The position numbers were made by a program, and so were the translations under genes. DNA of 64,000 nucleotides from Chamaesiphon sp. (GTDB lineage: Bacteria; Cyanobacteriota; Cyanobacteriia; Cyanobacteriales; Chamaesiphonaceae), in assembly GCA_965246715.1 (NCBI GenBank), contig CBDFFH010000049.1, positions 73,778 to 137,777 on the forward strand, read 5' to 3'. Each line of letters starts with the position of its first letter. The first letter of the stretch is position 1. The notes beneath the pieces are model-generated. The model had not been told where the DNA came from and made no database searches. It saw nothing but the letters and a program-made list of their open reading frames with translations. Of the stretch, positions 10,095 through 24,436 are shown in pieces.

Positions 10095-10865
10095 TTAGCC
10101 TCGAAACTGTTGCTGGTAAGCGAGATACACTGCTTCGATCGTCAGATGTCGATCGAGAGTAGGCGGTCGATCGTCCAATTTGATAATTTCTAATAATCGC
10201 TGCGCCAATCGATCGCTTACTTGTATCTTAGCTGCTGGCGAGAGCGATGGGTAACGTTGTAGGTAGTTACGGATCGTGGCAAATTCATCGGGAGTAAGGG
10301 CGACGATTTGCCCGGTTTCGATTAATCTGGAAGCCAAATCTGCTGCGGCTGGTGAGAGCGTAATATTTTGAGCTGCGACTGTTTGACCTTCCTGAATCGC
10401 GATCGTCCCTGCAACCCAGTCTCCGAGGCGTTTTTCTTGCGGTGTAAACAGAATCAGCAGCAATCCCAAACAGAACAGATCGTCGATCGGCCGTAGTAGA
10501 GATCGTAAAATCGACTGTTGGATGCCCACATTGCGCCCGTCGTCCCGAATTACCCGAATTTTGACATAACGTTTACCAGGTGTCTGTCCGCGCCACAGCG
10601 TTTCAAATAGGACGAAATAACCGATATAAACTCCAAATAAAATTAAGATTTGGATGGCGTTAAGCCAAGGACTAACAGTTGGCGATTGAAACCAGGGTAT
10701 TTGAGCGTAAAGAAGCGCCCACACTACCAATAAGATAAACAGCGTAAATCCCCAAATTAGATAGTCGATAATTAGCGCATGGGTACGATTGCCCACTCCA
10801 GCCAGCACAAATTCTAATTCGACACTCTCTGGTGTTTGGGATTTAACGCGCTTTAAAAAATGCAT
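10095..10865 (-). CDS. RDD family membrane protein
   Basis: TPESVELEF, GNRTHALIID, GQTPGK and RLGDWVAGT motifs. Confidence 0.88.
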   Translation of the reverse strand: MHFLKRVKSQTPESVELEFVLAGVGNRTHALIIDYLIWGFTLFILLVVWALLYAQIPWFQSPTVSPWLNAIQILILFGVYIGYFVLFETLWRGQTPGKRYVKIRVIRDDGRNVGIQQSILRSLLRPIDDLFCLGLLLILFTPQEKRLGDWVAGTIAIQEGQTVAAQNITLSPAAADLASRLIETGQIVALTPDEFATIRNYLQRYPSLSPAAKIQVSDRLAQRLLEIIKLDDRPPTLDRHLTIEAVYLAYQQQFRG

Positions 10866-10941
10866 GGAGCGGTGGGTAGTGTCTAGTAAACGGATTTAAC
10901 GGAGCGGATCGTTGCCTGCGTTGCGATTGCAAAGAGCGGAT

Positions 10942-11892
10942 TTAGAGAATCAGATCGTTACCTTCATTGCGATTGCGAAGATCGTAGTAAATGACGGCTT
11001 TAATTGCTTGCCAAAACGGCATGACTACAAGTTCGCTGAGGGCACCAATGACGAGTCCAACCAAAGTCAACATCCCACCAACTGCTTGTGCCGAGCGATC
11101 GGGTGAGATTGTCGGATTAGACATAAATTGCCCGATGAAATATGGGATGTTGCCAATAATACTAATTGGTAGAGTAATCCCAAATGCAAGCGCGATGACT
11201 AGTGCTAGTCGTCCTGTCGTATTATTACTCAATTGTCTACTCCGTCGCAGACTCAAACTCGCCGATTTGTTAGGTTCGATCGCCATTGGTAGTTCGGCAA
11301 TAAACCAACCAGCATAGTAGCGAATCAAGACCAAGATCCATAGACAAAATAAGCCGATCGTCAACACACCAAGCAGAAAATAGGCTACCGAAGAACCAAT
11401 TATTGGTTTTAAAGCAAACTCACTTAGTGCAAATACTAAACCGATGGCAATTATCAGGACGATATAACTAACGATATAGACTGCAAACATATACAATCCC
11501 AACAATAGTGCCAGTCGGAGAAATCTCCAGGTATGTGGTTGCAATTGTTGGGCAGCTACGTCGATGGTTTCCGGGCGGTCGATCGATTCTTGATAGGCAA
11601 GCCGACAAATGATAGCGCGATTAGTAGCCGATTTAGCCAAACAATATAACGAAAATACAATCCATCCTAACCCTAATGGAATCGCTAGCAGCCATGATTT
11701 GGTGGTGCCGTATAAAATCGCCGCAACAACGCCTAGCGCAAATCCAGATAGTCCGATCGCTAGCGCCCACCCAGTTGACCTCAGTGACACCTGAAAGTAA
11801 CGCTTAAAATTTGATTTATAGAGTGTCACGCCTGCGGAGACGACGTTACCGACATTCAATGTCCCAACTGGATCGGCGATACTTTTTGCCAT
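10942..11892 (-). CDS. multi-pass membrane protein (DUF975-like)
   Basis: LNVGNVVSAG start and YYDLRNRNEG end; 6-7 TM helices; adjacent to the RDD gene. Confidence 0.7.
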   Translation of the reverse strand: MAKSIADPVGTLNVGNVVSAGVTLYKSNFKRYFQVSLRSTGWALAIGLSGFALGVVAAILYGTTKSWLLAIPLGLGWIVFSLYCLAKSATNRAIICRLAYQESIDRPETIDVAAQQLQPHTWRFLRLALLLGLYMFAVYIVSYIVLIIAIGLVFALSEFALKPIIGSSVAYFLLGVLTIGLFCLWILVLIRYYAGWFIAELPMAIEPNKSASLSLRRSRQLSNNTTGRLALVIALAFGITLPISIIGNIPYFIGQFMSNPTISPDRSAQAVGGMLTLVGLVIGALSELVVMPFWQAIKAVIYYDLRNRNEGNDLIL

Positions 11893-12258
11893 AAGATATT
11901 GATGTGGATTGTGTGTATTGACGATCGATTAGCAACCAGTTTAATTCCTAACATCCCGATCGAGTAGGCCGGAGAATACCGATACATACTTATCGGGTGC
12001 CCACTACTGGAACGATAGATGCTATCGACAGCAGGTGGCTTCGATTTTACTGCATTCTCGGCCGCTCGATCGATAAGTTAGATCCAAATCCTCAGCGCAC
12101 AGCCGCTCGATCGCAATTGCAAAGGCTGCTGTATCATGCGATGTCCTCACATAGACACAACCCTGATTATGAACTTACTTGCACCGCATGGGTCTCCGGC
12201 TGTTTCGTTTTCGACAGGATGCTGAAAATATTGGGTCGATCGAAAATAGATCCTGGCT

Positions 12259-12963
12259 TTAACTCAAATAACCAATCCATTGAGATCGAGCCTCTGGCGA
12301 ACCATACCAGATACCTGCCGTACGTGGTGAATGTTTTACTCCTTCAATGGTAATATTCTCAGCTCCGACTAAATGCGCGGCAATAATTGGTGTAATCCCA
12401 TCACCCCAAACATCCCCCCTCCCGCAAGTCATCTCATAACTACTATATGCCAGCCACTGACCTATGCGTTTGGCTCCATAGATCGATTTACCAGCAACAC
12501 AGATATATTTTACCTCGTCTATATATTTCGCATCAGGATAATTATCATTGACAAAATTGAGATTTTTCCTCGTCCAGCGTTCGCCACTAATATGCGGCGT
12601 TCCAAGGGTAATTAAGTTAGCAATCTTGGTTTTAGCATTCCACAACCCCACTGATTCCGGAACATCGCCATGAATCGTATAAGGTATTTCACCTAAATAA
12701 ATTCGACTAATCCATCCACCTGCTGAATGTCCGATGAGATTGATTTGCGAGGCATGATTATCTACTAATGCTGCTTTGACCGTTCGAGCGAGTTGGCGTA
12801 AAATGGGTATCATCGATCTACCTCCCAAAGTTGGCAACCAATCTCGTTTCCGTAACGGTACAGTTATCGTCGGCGTTCCAATTTCTATTAGAGCTTGTTG
12901 TAGCGGTAGGTAAACATCTGCACTTTCGAGATAGCCAGGTAAAATGACAGTAGGCAGCATCAA
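12259..12963 (-). CDS. alpha/beta hydrolase (PGAP1/lipase-like)
   Basis: GHSAGG nucleophile elbow; TLGTPH; GDGITP; C-terminal His. Confidence 0.85.
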   Translation of the reverse strand: MMLPTVILPGYLESADVYLPLQQALIEIGTPTITVPLRKRDWLPTLGGRSMIPILRQLARTVKAALVDNHASQINLIGHSAGGWISRIYLGEIPYTIHGDVPESVGLWNAKTKIANLITLGTPHISGERWTRKNLNFVNDNYPDAKYIDEVKYICVAGKSIYGAKRIGQWLAYSSYEMTCGRGDVWGDGITPIIAAHLVGAENITIEGVKHSPRTAGIWYGSPEARSQWIGYLS

Positions 12964-13051
12964 GCGTTTGCGATCGTATCTTGAGATCTTAGCACTAGTA
13001 TCATTCGTCGAGTAAATATTTTATCATTTCATCGATCGATGATGTTGAAAA

Positions 13052-13120
13052 TCAGAAGTATATTTGAATCTCAATCCCCTCAATATTTTTAGTTATTAAT
13101 CGCTCCAACTTTAGGTGCAT
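13052..13120 (-). pseudogene. IS4-family transposase remnant, 3' part
   Basis: Reads MHLKLERLITKNIEGIEIQIYF*, the expected continuation of WKFLK found at 14661-14750. Confidence 0.8.
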
Positions 13121-13155
13121 CTGTCTTGTTGCGCTTTTTACGTCGGGGAACCCGA

Positions 13156-14634
13156 TTCGTGACAAGTTAAGGAGCGAGCGCAGTTGTCAAGCCGGGTTGA
13201 GCGGAAGGCTCAAAAAAGAATGAGCCTTCCCTGCTCGCTTGGTCGGGAAAGGGGTCAATCATTAATTTCTTGAATGGCTTTCGGATAGATTTAATAATAC
13301 CTAAATCTCTATTTTCAGGAGCTGCAAAATATTTAATGGGGTCGGTAGCTAAACCTTTGTGATGGGCAACATAAAAATGGTAAAGACCACGATAAATCAT
13401 CTCTAAAGAAATGCGGTCAAAAGGAAGAGATAGCTCATCAGCAATCGCATCGCCAAGATCGACTAATACAATATAAAATAGCCAAGTTCCCCAGAGTTGC
13501 AACTTAATACCATTAAGTGAGCCTGTCCAGATATAACTCAATCCTAACAATCGTTTGACAATATTAAATGCCTCTTCTATTCGCCATCTTCTACCATACA
13601 AATCGGCAACTACGTAGGGTGGTAAAATTAATGGGTCAAGCACGCTAGTTAGATAAGAGTACCAAGCTTTACCCATTTTGATTTCCACTAATCTCATCGT
13701 GATACATGGAGTTGTTTTATTACCAGCACCCATTGTTACTATTCGGTCGCGGATGCTGTAACTATTCGTGAATGCGCTCTCGACGGTAAATGATGCTTTG
13801 TTGTTTAGGCGGGTAATTACATGAACATTCCTTTCGATTAGTTGTTGCCAAAACAGATAATGACAAAATCCTCGATCTAGTAAAATTAATGTCTGGGGCT
13901 TGACTAGCTTTAGGATATCTGCCTCAAACTTCATGTCACTAGCTTTGGCATTCGACTCAAACCAAATTTCTACTGGTAGTCGGGTTACTAGATCGATGAC
14001 TACTCCTATTTTTCCAGCTAATTGATTTTTTGGCACATCTGTCAGACTTTCTAATTTCTTGAAGATTGCTTCTAATGTTGAACCGTCACTAGCCCAAACT
14101 CTAGCAAATTTAGTTCGGGCAAATTGAATACTGGAGGGTAGTTGTCTTTTGTTGCGACTGTGCCATTTTCGCTCGAATTCTGGCAGTAATTCTCTAAATA
14201 TTCGCTCAAATATTTCAGCGGGAAATGTCAAAAATCTCTGTGATAATGCTTGTTGGCTGACTTGTGTTGGTTCGCACCAGAGAAATCCTTCTCTGGCGAG
14301 TATTCTGCTGAGTTCTCTGACTCCAGCTACGTCTCGCCAAATTAGTGTCAGCACTGCTGCTACCATCAGCGGCAGATTCAGTATTCTATCCCTCATTCCG
14401 AGTTGGCGATAGTACTTTTCTTGTGCTAGTACTGCTGGCGTGACTAGCTGTTCTAATTGTGCTGCTATCACCTCCTCTTCCATCATCGGACGTTGTTGTC
14501 GCTTGGCGTGGTCGCGATTTGTTGTCCGCTTTTTAGGCATGTGTCAAATTTGGTTCTAACTCTTTGCTAGTAACAGTTTGACATTTTTTCTTTCTCCCCT
14601 TGACAACCCTCGGTTTTTCTTAACTTGTCACGAA
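13156..14634 (-). mobile_element. intact IS4-family insertion sequence (about 1.48 kb)
   Basis: Terminal IRs ttcgtgacaagttaag / cttaacttgtcacgaa; direct repeat tcggggaacccga at 13143-13155 and 14635-14647 (exact TSD 9-13 bp, ambiguous because the target is palindromic). Confidence 0.93.
13167..14540 (-). CDS. IS4-family DDE transposase
   Basis: DGST, LLDRGF and YGRRWRIEEAFNIVK (YREK) motifs; stop codon lies within the IR. Confidence 0.93.
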   Translation of the reverse strand: MPKKRTTNRDHAKRQQRPMMEEEVIAAQLEQLVTPAVLAQEKYYRQLGMRDRILNLPLMVAAVLTLIWRDVAGVRELSRILAREGFLWCEPTQVSQQALSQRFLTFPAEIFERIFRELLPEFERKWHSRNKRQLPSSIQFARTKFARVWASDGSTLEAIFKKLESLTDVPKNQLAGKIGVVIDLVTRLPVEIWFESNAKASDMKFEADILKLVKPQTLILLDRGFCHYLFWQQLIERNVHVITRLNNKASFTVESAFTNSYSIRDRIVTMGAGNKTTPCITMRLVEIKMGKAWYSYLTSVLDPLILPPYVVADLYGRRWRIEEAFNIVKRLLGLSYIWTGSLNGIKLQLWGTWLFYIVLVDLGDAIADELSLPFDRISLEMIYRGLYHFYVAHHKGLATDPIKYFAAPENRDLGIIKSIRKPFKKLMIDPFPDQASREGSFFFEPSAQPGLTTALAP

Positions 14635-14660
14635 TCGGGGAACCCGACGAGCGCGCACCG

Positions 14661-14750
14661 CTTCAAAAACTTCCACAGCAACTCAATTTGCCAACGACTT
14701 CGATAAAACTCTCCAATTTCTTCATTGCTTATTGCGAATTCTCCGCTTAT
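14661..14750 (-). pseudogene. IS4-family transposase remnant, YREK-motif part
   Basis: Reads SGEFAISNEEIGEFYRSRWQIELLWKFLK. Confidence 0.8.
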
Positions 14751-14927
14751 CTGAATGGGGTCATTTTCTACTGGTTATTTCTATCCTTCAACACTTCTGG
14801 TTGAAAATATCTAAATACTTTTTAATTCTATCTCAAGAGCAGCCTGAAGATGGGCAGTGTAAAAAATACGTAGACAACTAATTCTACTAATTATTAATAA
14901 CCATTTGATTCTAATAGAATCAAATAT

Positions 14928-14960
14928 GAAAAAGCCCATCATAGTGTGATAGGCTTTTTC
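14928..14960 (-). terminator. rho-independent terminator of the rrn operon
   Basis: Minus strand gaaaaagcctatcacactatgatgggcttttt: stem-loop plus U tract just past 5S. Confidence 0.75.
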
Positions 14961-14969
14961 GAGTATTAA

Positions 14970-15087
14970 GCTTGGCACCGAGCTATTTTGACAGGGGGCA
15001 ACCCCCCAACTATCGTCGCCGCAACAGCGTTTAACAACCGAGTTCGGGAAGGGATCGGAGTGGAACCACTATGCCATAGACACCAAG
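14970..15087 (-). rRNA. rrf: 5S rRNA (ends approximate)
   Basis: Reverse complement contains gatcccttcccgaactcgg and gacgatagttgggggg 5S motifs. Confidence 0.93.
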
Positions 15088-15174
15088 CAGGTGTGGTTTT
15101 AACGCACACCTTGAAGACTGCAGAGTAATCAACATATTTATTGTCAGGGATGGCAAATCCAAATCTTGATTTAC

Positions 15175-18067
<2,893 letters not shown>

Positions 18068-18330
18068 ACTTCATGACTTTACTCAAACAACTTGTTATTC
18101 ACTTTGTTGCTTCAACTTTGTCATGAGTTTAAATTAGTTTGGATTGTCTGTAATCTTGCGATTACGACTACCTGACTTGTTGATTACTATGCAGTTGTCA
18201 AGGTGCGAACTGGACTTTAAGTCCAGCAGACTACTTTTTAGTTAGTAGGTGCTGAAATCACTTCCGCTGTTTGCTGGTTGATTCTAGTTTGAAGCTGAGT
18301 GTGTTGGTTTTAGCTGATGGTGGAAACCAA

Positions 18331-18403
18331 TGGAGGTTAGCGGACTCGAACCGCTGACATCCTGCTTGCAAAGCAGGCGCTCTACCAACTGAGCTAAACC
18401 CCC
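18331..18403 (-). tRNA. tRNA-Ala (UGC) in the ITS
   Basis: ggggGtttagctcagttggtagagcgcctgcttTGCaagcagg...ttcgagtcc cloverleaf. Confidence 0.95.
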
Positions 18404-18471
18404 TAGTTTGTTTAACAGTTACTGGTGTTTGAATTCAGTTAGGTGCTAAATTTACAACTGATAAGAAAAGA

Positions 18472-18545
<74 letters not shown>

Positions 18546-18664
18546 AGGTCAGCTGAACTAGAATATAAGTTTGAAAGCCACTCTCGATAACTCGCTCGAC
18601 CTTGGGATAACATATATCTGACTTAATCCAAATTGTTTCGGTCGAGATATTGTGAGGTCTCCCT

Positions 18665-20152
<1,488 letters not shown>

Positions 20153-20374
20153 AATATATGAAGAGCCACTAACTTGGCTCGATTTGTATTATTTTAAGAC
20201 TCTACTCGTCTGCTCTTCCCATAACTGAGTTGAGCTGTTATAATCGTGTTAACGAAATTAACGAGGTTTAATCGGCTTTCAAACTATATAGTTGTCTAGG
20301 TTCAGGGTGAAGAGTTTGGCTCTAGGAGCGACTTCCGTCGTTTCCGTGTCGCCGTTTCCCTCGACCGCTTTACT

Positions 20375-20403
20375 AATATAGCTTGTCTGTCTTTGATTGT
20401 CAA
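20375..20403 (-). promoter_or_regulatory. sigma70-type rrn promoter
   Basis: Minus strand TTGACA-17 nt-TATATT; boxA-like gaacctagacaa downstream near 20292-20303. Confidence 0.75.
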
Positions 20404-20937
20404 TACTTTCACGCAAAATATTTTTTTCCAGTGGCCGTATACCTTTGACTCCTGTTGGTGCTAGCCTTTCTCCCCGGCTGTGCGAATTCTTTGGAAAATT
20501 TGGGTCGCGCTCTCTCGCAAATGAGTTGTGAAAATTAGCCACAGTAGCAGTCTGGGCGATTTTAGGATCTAATCTTTTACCTAGTCTACTTCTACCTCCC
20601 ACTGAGTTGATGCTTTCGAGCGGCTTTGCTAGGCTCTGTTTGAGGTGTATTGACAGTTGCAGTTGCTAGGATAAACCCCTCACGACAGTCACTTATTGGT
20701 TGGGGATTAGATAAGGATGGGATGGTGAAAATTGCAGATTGGGACAATCACTCCCCGAAACCTAGCCCCTATTACCTATATATGGATAAAATAGTAAGCA
20801 GATTGAGTTCTTAGCTGGGACGGCATCGGTCATACCGATCGAAAATCTTGCAACTATATCTAGTCAGGAGATTTTCAAGAGCGATTGTGCGACAGCTTGG
20901 GGTTCGGTCTTTATTCCTTAATGACTATCAATAATCT

Positions 20938-21300
20938 GTGTTTGTCTTAAACGGTTATGAATATCTGCTGGGCTTCTTACTGACTTGTAGCTTGGTACCG
21001 ATCCTAGCTTTGTCAGCATCTAAACTACTGCGCCCGAGTGGTGGTGGCCCCGAACGGCGAACTACCTACGAGTCAGGGATGGAGCCGATCGGCGGAGCGT
21101 GGATTCAATTTAATATTCGTTACTATATGTTTGCGTTGGTCTTTGTCGTCTTTGACGTAGAGACAGTATTCTTATACCCGTGGGCGGTAGCGTTTAGTCA
21201 ATTAGGCTTACTTGCTTTTATTGAAGCTCTTGTTTTCATCGCAATTCTGGTAATTGCGTTAGTTTATGCTTGGCGCAAAGGAGCCTTAGAATGGTCATGA
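20938..21300 (+). CDS. ndhC: NDH-1 subunit C
   Basis: [23 protein letters not shown] and RKGALEWS. Confidence 0.97.
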   Translation: MFVLNGYEYLLGFLLTCSLVPILALSASKLLRPSGGGPERRTTYESGMEPIGGAWIQFNIRYYMFALVFVVFDVETVFLYPWAVAFSQLGLLAFIEALVFIAILVIALVYAWRKGALEWS

Positions 21301-22019
21301 TCCCCAATATTGTCAACGATGACGATCGAATTTCCAATCCGATCGAGCGACCTCAAGTTACCACCGAATTGTCGGAGAATGTAATTCTGACGACGGTAGA
21401 CGATCTCTACAATTGGTCGCGGTTATCTAGTCTGTGGCCGCTGTTGTTTGGTACGGCATGCTGCTTTATTGAAATGGCGGCAATGATCGGATCGCGATTT
21501 GATTTCGATCGATATGGATTAGTACCCCGTGCGAGTACTCGTCAGGCAGACTTATTGATCACGGCTGGGACGATTACGATGAAAATGGCACCCGCACTGG
21601 TGCGACTCTACGAACAGATGCCCGAACCCAAGTATGTAATTGCGATGGGTGCTTGTACGATTACGGGTGGGATGTTTAGTGCTGACTCGCCGACTGCGGT
21701 GCGGGGTGTCGATAAACTCATTCCGGTAGATATTTATCTTCCTGGCTGTCCGCCGCGCCCTGAAGCGATCATGGATGCGATTATTAAACTGCGGAAAAAG
21801 ATTGGGAATGAATCGATGCAGGAACGGGGTAAATTGAACCAAACCCATCGTTATTACAGTACGACTCATAGCATGAAGGTCGTACCGCCGATTTTGACAG
21901 GAGCGTATCTGCAAACGGGAACTCATGACAATCCACCAGCAGAAATCGCTGCGGCGATGGGAATGCCCGTCTCACCAGCGCTAGTCTCAGCTCAAAAACA
22001 GGAGGTCGAACGTGGCTGA
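21291..22019 (+). CDS. ndhK: NDH-1 subunit K (ATG 21291 preferred over TTG 21270)
   Basis: [17 protein letters not shown] and GCPPRPE; overlaps the ndhC end as is typical. Confidence 0.96.
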   Translation: MVMIPNIVNDDDRISNPIERPQVTTELSENVILTTVDDLYNWSRLSSLWPLLFGTACCFIEMAAMIGSRFDFDRYGLVPRASTRQADLLITAGTITMKMAPALVRLYEQMPEPKYVIAMGACTITGGMFSADSPTAVRGVDKLIPVDIYLPGCPPRPEAIMDAIIKLRKKIGNESMQERGKLNQTHRYYSTTHSMKVVPPILTGAYLQTGTHDNPPAEIAAAMGMPVSPALVSAQKQEVERG

Positions 22020-22551
22020 AGAAAAAGCTAAAGAAGCTACCGAAATTGCTCCAGCGTCAGCACCAATCGTGCCTGCTGGCAAAGTGTCTCAATGGCTGAC
22101 ACAGAATGGGTTCCTGGATCAAACTGCGTTAGCTAATGACAATCTAGGCGTGGAAGTCATCAAGGTGGAGCCGCAATTCTTGTTACCGATAGCCACAGCA
22201 CTTTATGCCTATGGATTTAACTATCTGCAATGTCAGGGTGGTTATGATGTAGGGCCTGGGGATGAGTTGGTGAGTTTTTATCACTTAACTAAGCTGAGCG
22301 ATAATGCCGATCGACCAGAAGAGGTTAGAGTTAAGGTGTTTTTGCCGCGTGAAAATCCGGTAGTGCCATCTGTATATTGGATTTGGCGAACTGTTGATTG
22401 GCAAGAGCGTGAAACTTTTGATATGTATGGGATTGTCTATGATGGACATCCTAATCTCAAGCGGTTGTTGATGCCTGAGGATTGGGTGGGTTATCCACTG
22501 CGGAAGGATTATGTTTCACCTGATTTTTATGAGTTGCAAGATGCTCATTAG
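22012..22551 (+). CDS. ndhJ: NDH-1 subunit J
   Basis: [20 protein letters not shown] and PLRKDY. Confidence 0.96.
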   Translation: MAEEKAKEATEIAPASAPIVPAGKVSQWLTQNGFLDQTALANDNLGVEVIKVEPQFLLPIATALYAYGFNYLQCQGGYDVGPGDELVSFYHLTKLSDNADRPEEVRVKVFLPRENPVVPSVYWIWRTVDWQERETFDMYGIVYDGHPNLKRLLMPEDWVGYPLRKDYVSPDFYELQDAH

Positions 22552-22557
22552 CGATCG

Positions 22558-22670
22558 GGTGTTGCTGAAGTGATGTATATAATCTGTGGTAGGGGCAATT
22601 CATGAATTGTCCCTACCACAGGTTTTCCCATTCGCATAATTTGTAAATCATACCCAAAATCAATAACTCC
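22558..22670. repeat. degenerate MITE-like element containing GTAG palindrome copy 2 (22589-22616)
   Basis: Ends ggtgttgctgaagtgatgtat ... tcatacccaaaatcaataactcc resemble the ggcgttgctgaat family; internal GTAGGGGCAATTCATGAATTGTCCCTAC. Confidence 0.65.
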
Positions 22671-22855
22671 GGCGATCGGATGTTTGGAGGATCTTAGTTC
22701 TAAGTTTAGGTGGTGTGAATCCCTCTGAATTCACCTGAAAATGGCGAATTTGCCGCTATTAGACTCGGATATGCCTCCGATAATTATTTAAAGTTTCCCC
22801 GCAATGGAGCGGGTTTTCTATTTATAGGTTGGTACGATTCGATCGAGTTTGACTG

Positions 22856-23671
22856 CTATTCGAGTAAGTCTGGTTGCTGTGTAATTATCATTTCATAGAG
22901 CGATTGAAAACAGAACCAGCCGATATTATGGGAACCGACTTGCTGTTGAGCTAGAGCAGCTATTTTGGGTTTTATTTTGATGGGTTTTCCGGCGGCTTCA
23001 GCTAAAAGTTGGGTTTGGCACGAGCGATCCATCGTAATAAACCACCAGGCGGCTTCGTCGATAGTGTGTCCGACAGTCAGTAAGCCGTGGTTTTGAAGGA
23101 TAATGGCTTTATGTTGGCCTAATGTTTTGGCAATTTTTGCGCCTTCTTTGGGATCCAGTACTACGCCGCTATAATCTTCAAATAAACTATGATCTTGGTA
23201 AAAACTACAGGCATCTTGAGTGAGTGGATCTAAAAGTTTGCCCAAGCTCGACCAACTTTTGCCATAGATGGAGTGAGCGTGCGCGGCAGCAATAACATCG
23301 GGACGAGCGTAATGAATCGCAGAATGGATGGCAAAAGCTGCTTGATTGACGGGTTTGTTGCCTTCAACAACTTCGCCCCGATCGTTTACTAGTAGCAGAT
23401 CGCTGGCACGAATCAGGCCAAAATGGATGCCAAAGGGATTGACCCAAAAATGGTCTAATTTTTCCGGATCGCGAGCGGTGATATGTCCGGCGACTCCTTC
23501 ATTAAAGCCAAATTTGGCAAAGATTCGCAAGGCAGCAGCCAATTTTTGACGGCGATGCCAACGTTCGGCTCCAATATCGTCGAATTTTGGTGGTTGTGGA
23601 ATTTGAGGAGTTTGAATATCTGTCACGATCGTTTTACCTCGATACGTTATTTCAAGTGGCTTCGATCTCAA
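22856..23671 (-). CDS. class II aldolase/adducin family protein
   Basis: GHITARDP, IHSAIH, AHAHS and LQNHGLLTVG Zn-binding motifs. Confidence 0.9.
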   Translation of the reverse strand: MRSKPLEITYRGKTIVTDIQTPQIPQPPKFDDIGAERWHRRQKLAAALRIFAKFGFNEGVAGHITARDPEKLDHFWVNPFGIHFGLIRASDLLLVNDRGEVVEGNKPVNQAAFAIHSAIHYARPDVIAAAHAHSIYGKSWSSLGKLLDPLTQDACSFYQDHSLFEDYSGVVLDPKEGAKIAKTLGQHKAIILQNHGLLTVGHTIDEAAWWFITMDRSCQTQLLAEAAGKPIKIKPKIAALAQQQVGSHNIGWFCFQSLYEMIITQQPDLLE

Positions 23672-23807
23672 AAACCGTGCTGCTACCCGATCGGTCTATC
23701 GATCGATTGTAATACTTAAGGGCGATCGACATGAACAGTAGTTGGGCGAATAAATTCGCGACTGCATCATCAAACTGTGCCTTGGCACACTAAAAGCGAG
23801 TTAGAAA

Positions 23808-24320
23808 ATGCTTTACGATCTTGAATCTGGAGTCGTTACTCTACCGATAAACAACGAGCGACTAACAAATTTACCCCGTTTGCTGGCTGTTGGCGATCGA
23901 CTTTTTAGTATCAAGTCAGAATTTCATCTCACAATTATCGGCTCTAAGTTGGGACAAAAACTACTGAGATCGATCGGCGAGATGGAATATCGAGATTGCT
24001 TGAGTCAGATTGCTGATGAAATCGACTGGCAGTGGGCATTTGAGGAAAAATATTATCATGTCATCAAACCGCCGCTGGAGCTGAGTGAGACTGAGGAAGG
24101 GACGTTCGAGGTAATCCAATCCGAAAGCATCATTCAACTAGTGGTATTACCTGGAATCGATCGATTTTATCAGCAACTTTCAAGCCTGTTAAGAAAACAA
24201 CCGATTTCACCACCCCCACACGTTACGCTGTATGTCTACGGTAATTTAAGGGGGATTGGGATTGCGGATCGAGATGTGCTTAACCAGTATGCAGTCGAGT
24301 ATCATCCGGACTGGATTTAA
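23808..24320 (+). CDS. putative 2H phosphoesterase superfamily protein
   Basis: Two HxT motifs about 98 aa apart (EFHLTII, PPHVTLY). Confidence 0.6.
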   Translation: MLYDLESGVVTLPINNERLTNLPRLLAVGDRLFSIKSEFHLTIIGSKLGQKLLRSIGEMEYRDCLSQIADEIDWQWAFEEKYYHVIKPPLELSETEEGTFEVIQSESIIQLVVLPGIDRFYQQLSSLLRKQPISPPPHVTLYVYGNLRGIGIADRDVLNQYAVEYHPDWI

Positions 24321-24436
24321 AATCGAGGCTAACCGATCGAATCAGCTCTATCTTGCTGTGGATCTGCTACAGATCTAAGTCATCAAGATGTGTTAAAACA
24401 TAGGTTTGCTCCATCGCAAATTATTTGCTCTACCCT

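Larger units (their letters stand above)
13121..14660. mobile_element. about 48-bp hairpin element split by the intact IS4 (halves 13121-13155 and 14635-14660)
   Basis: Removing the IS and one TSD gives ctgtcttgttgcgctttttacgtcggggaacccgacgagcgcgcaccg, inserted between two codons of the old transposase. Confidence 0.7.

Noticed and set aside
11997..12353. 118-aa plus-strand ORF
   Set aside because: No motifs; overlaps the end of the hydrolase on the opposite strand.
20279..20602. 107-aa ORF upstream of 16S
   Set aside because: Spans the rrn promoter and leader.
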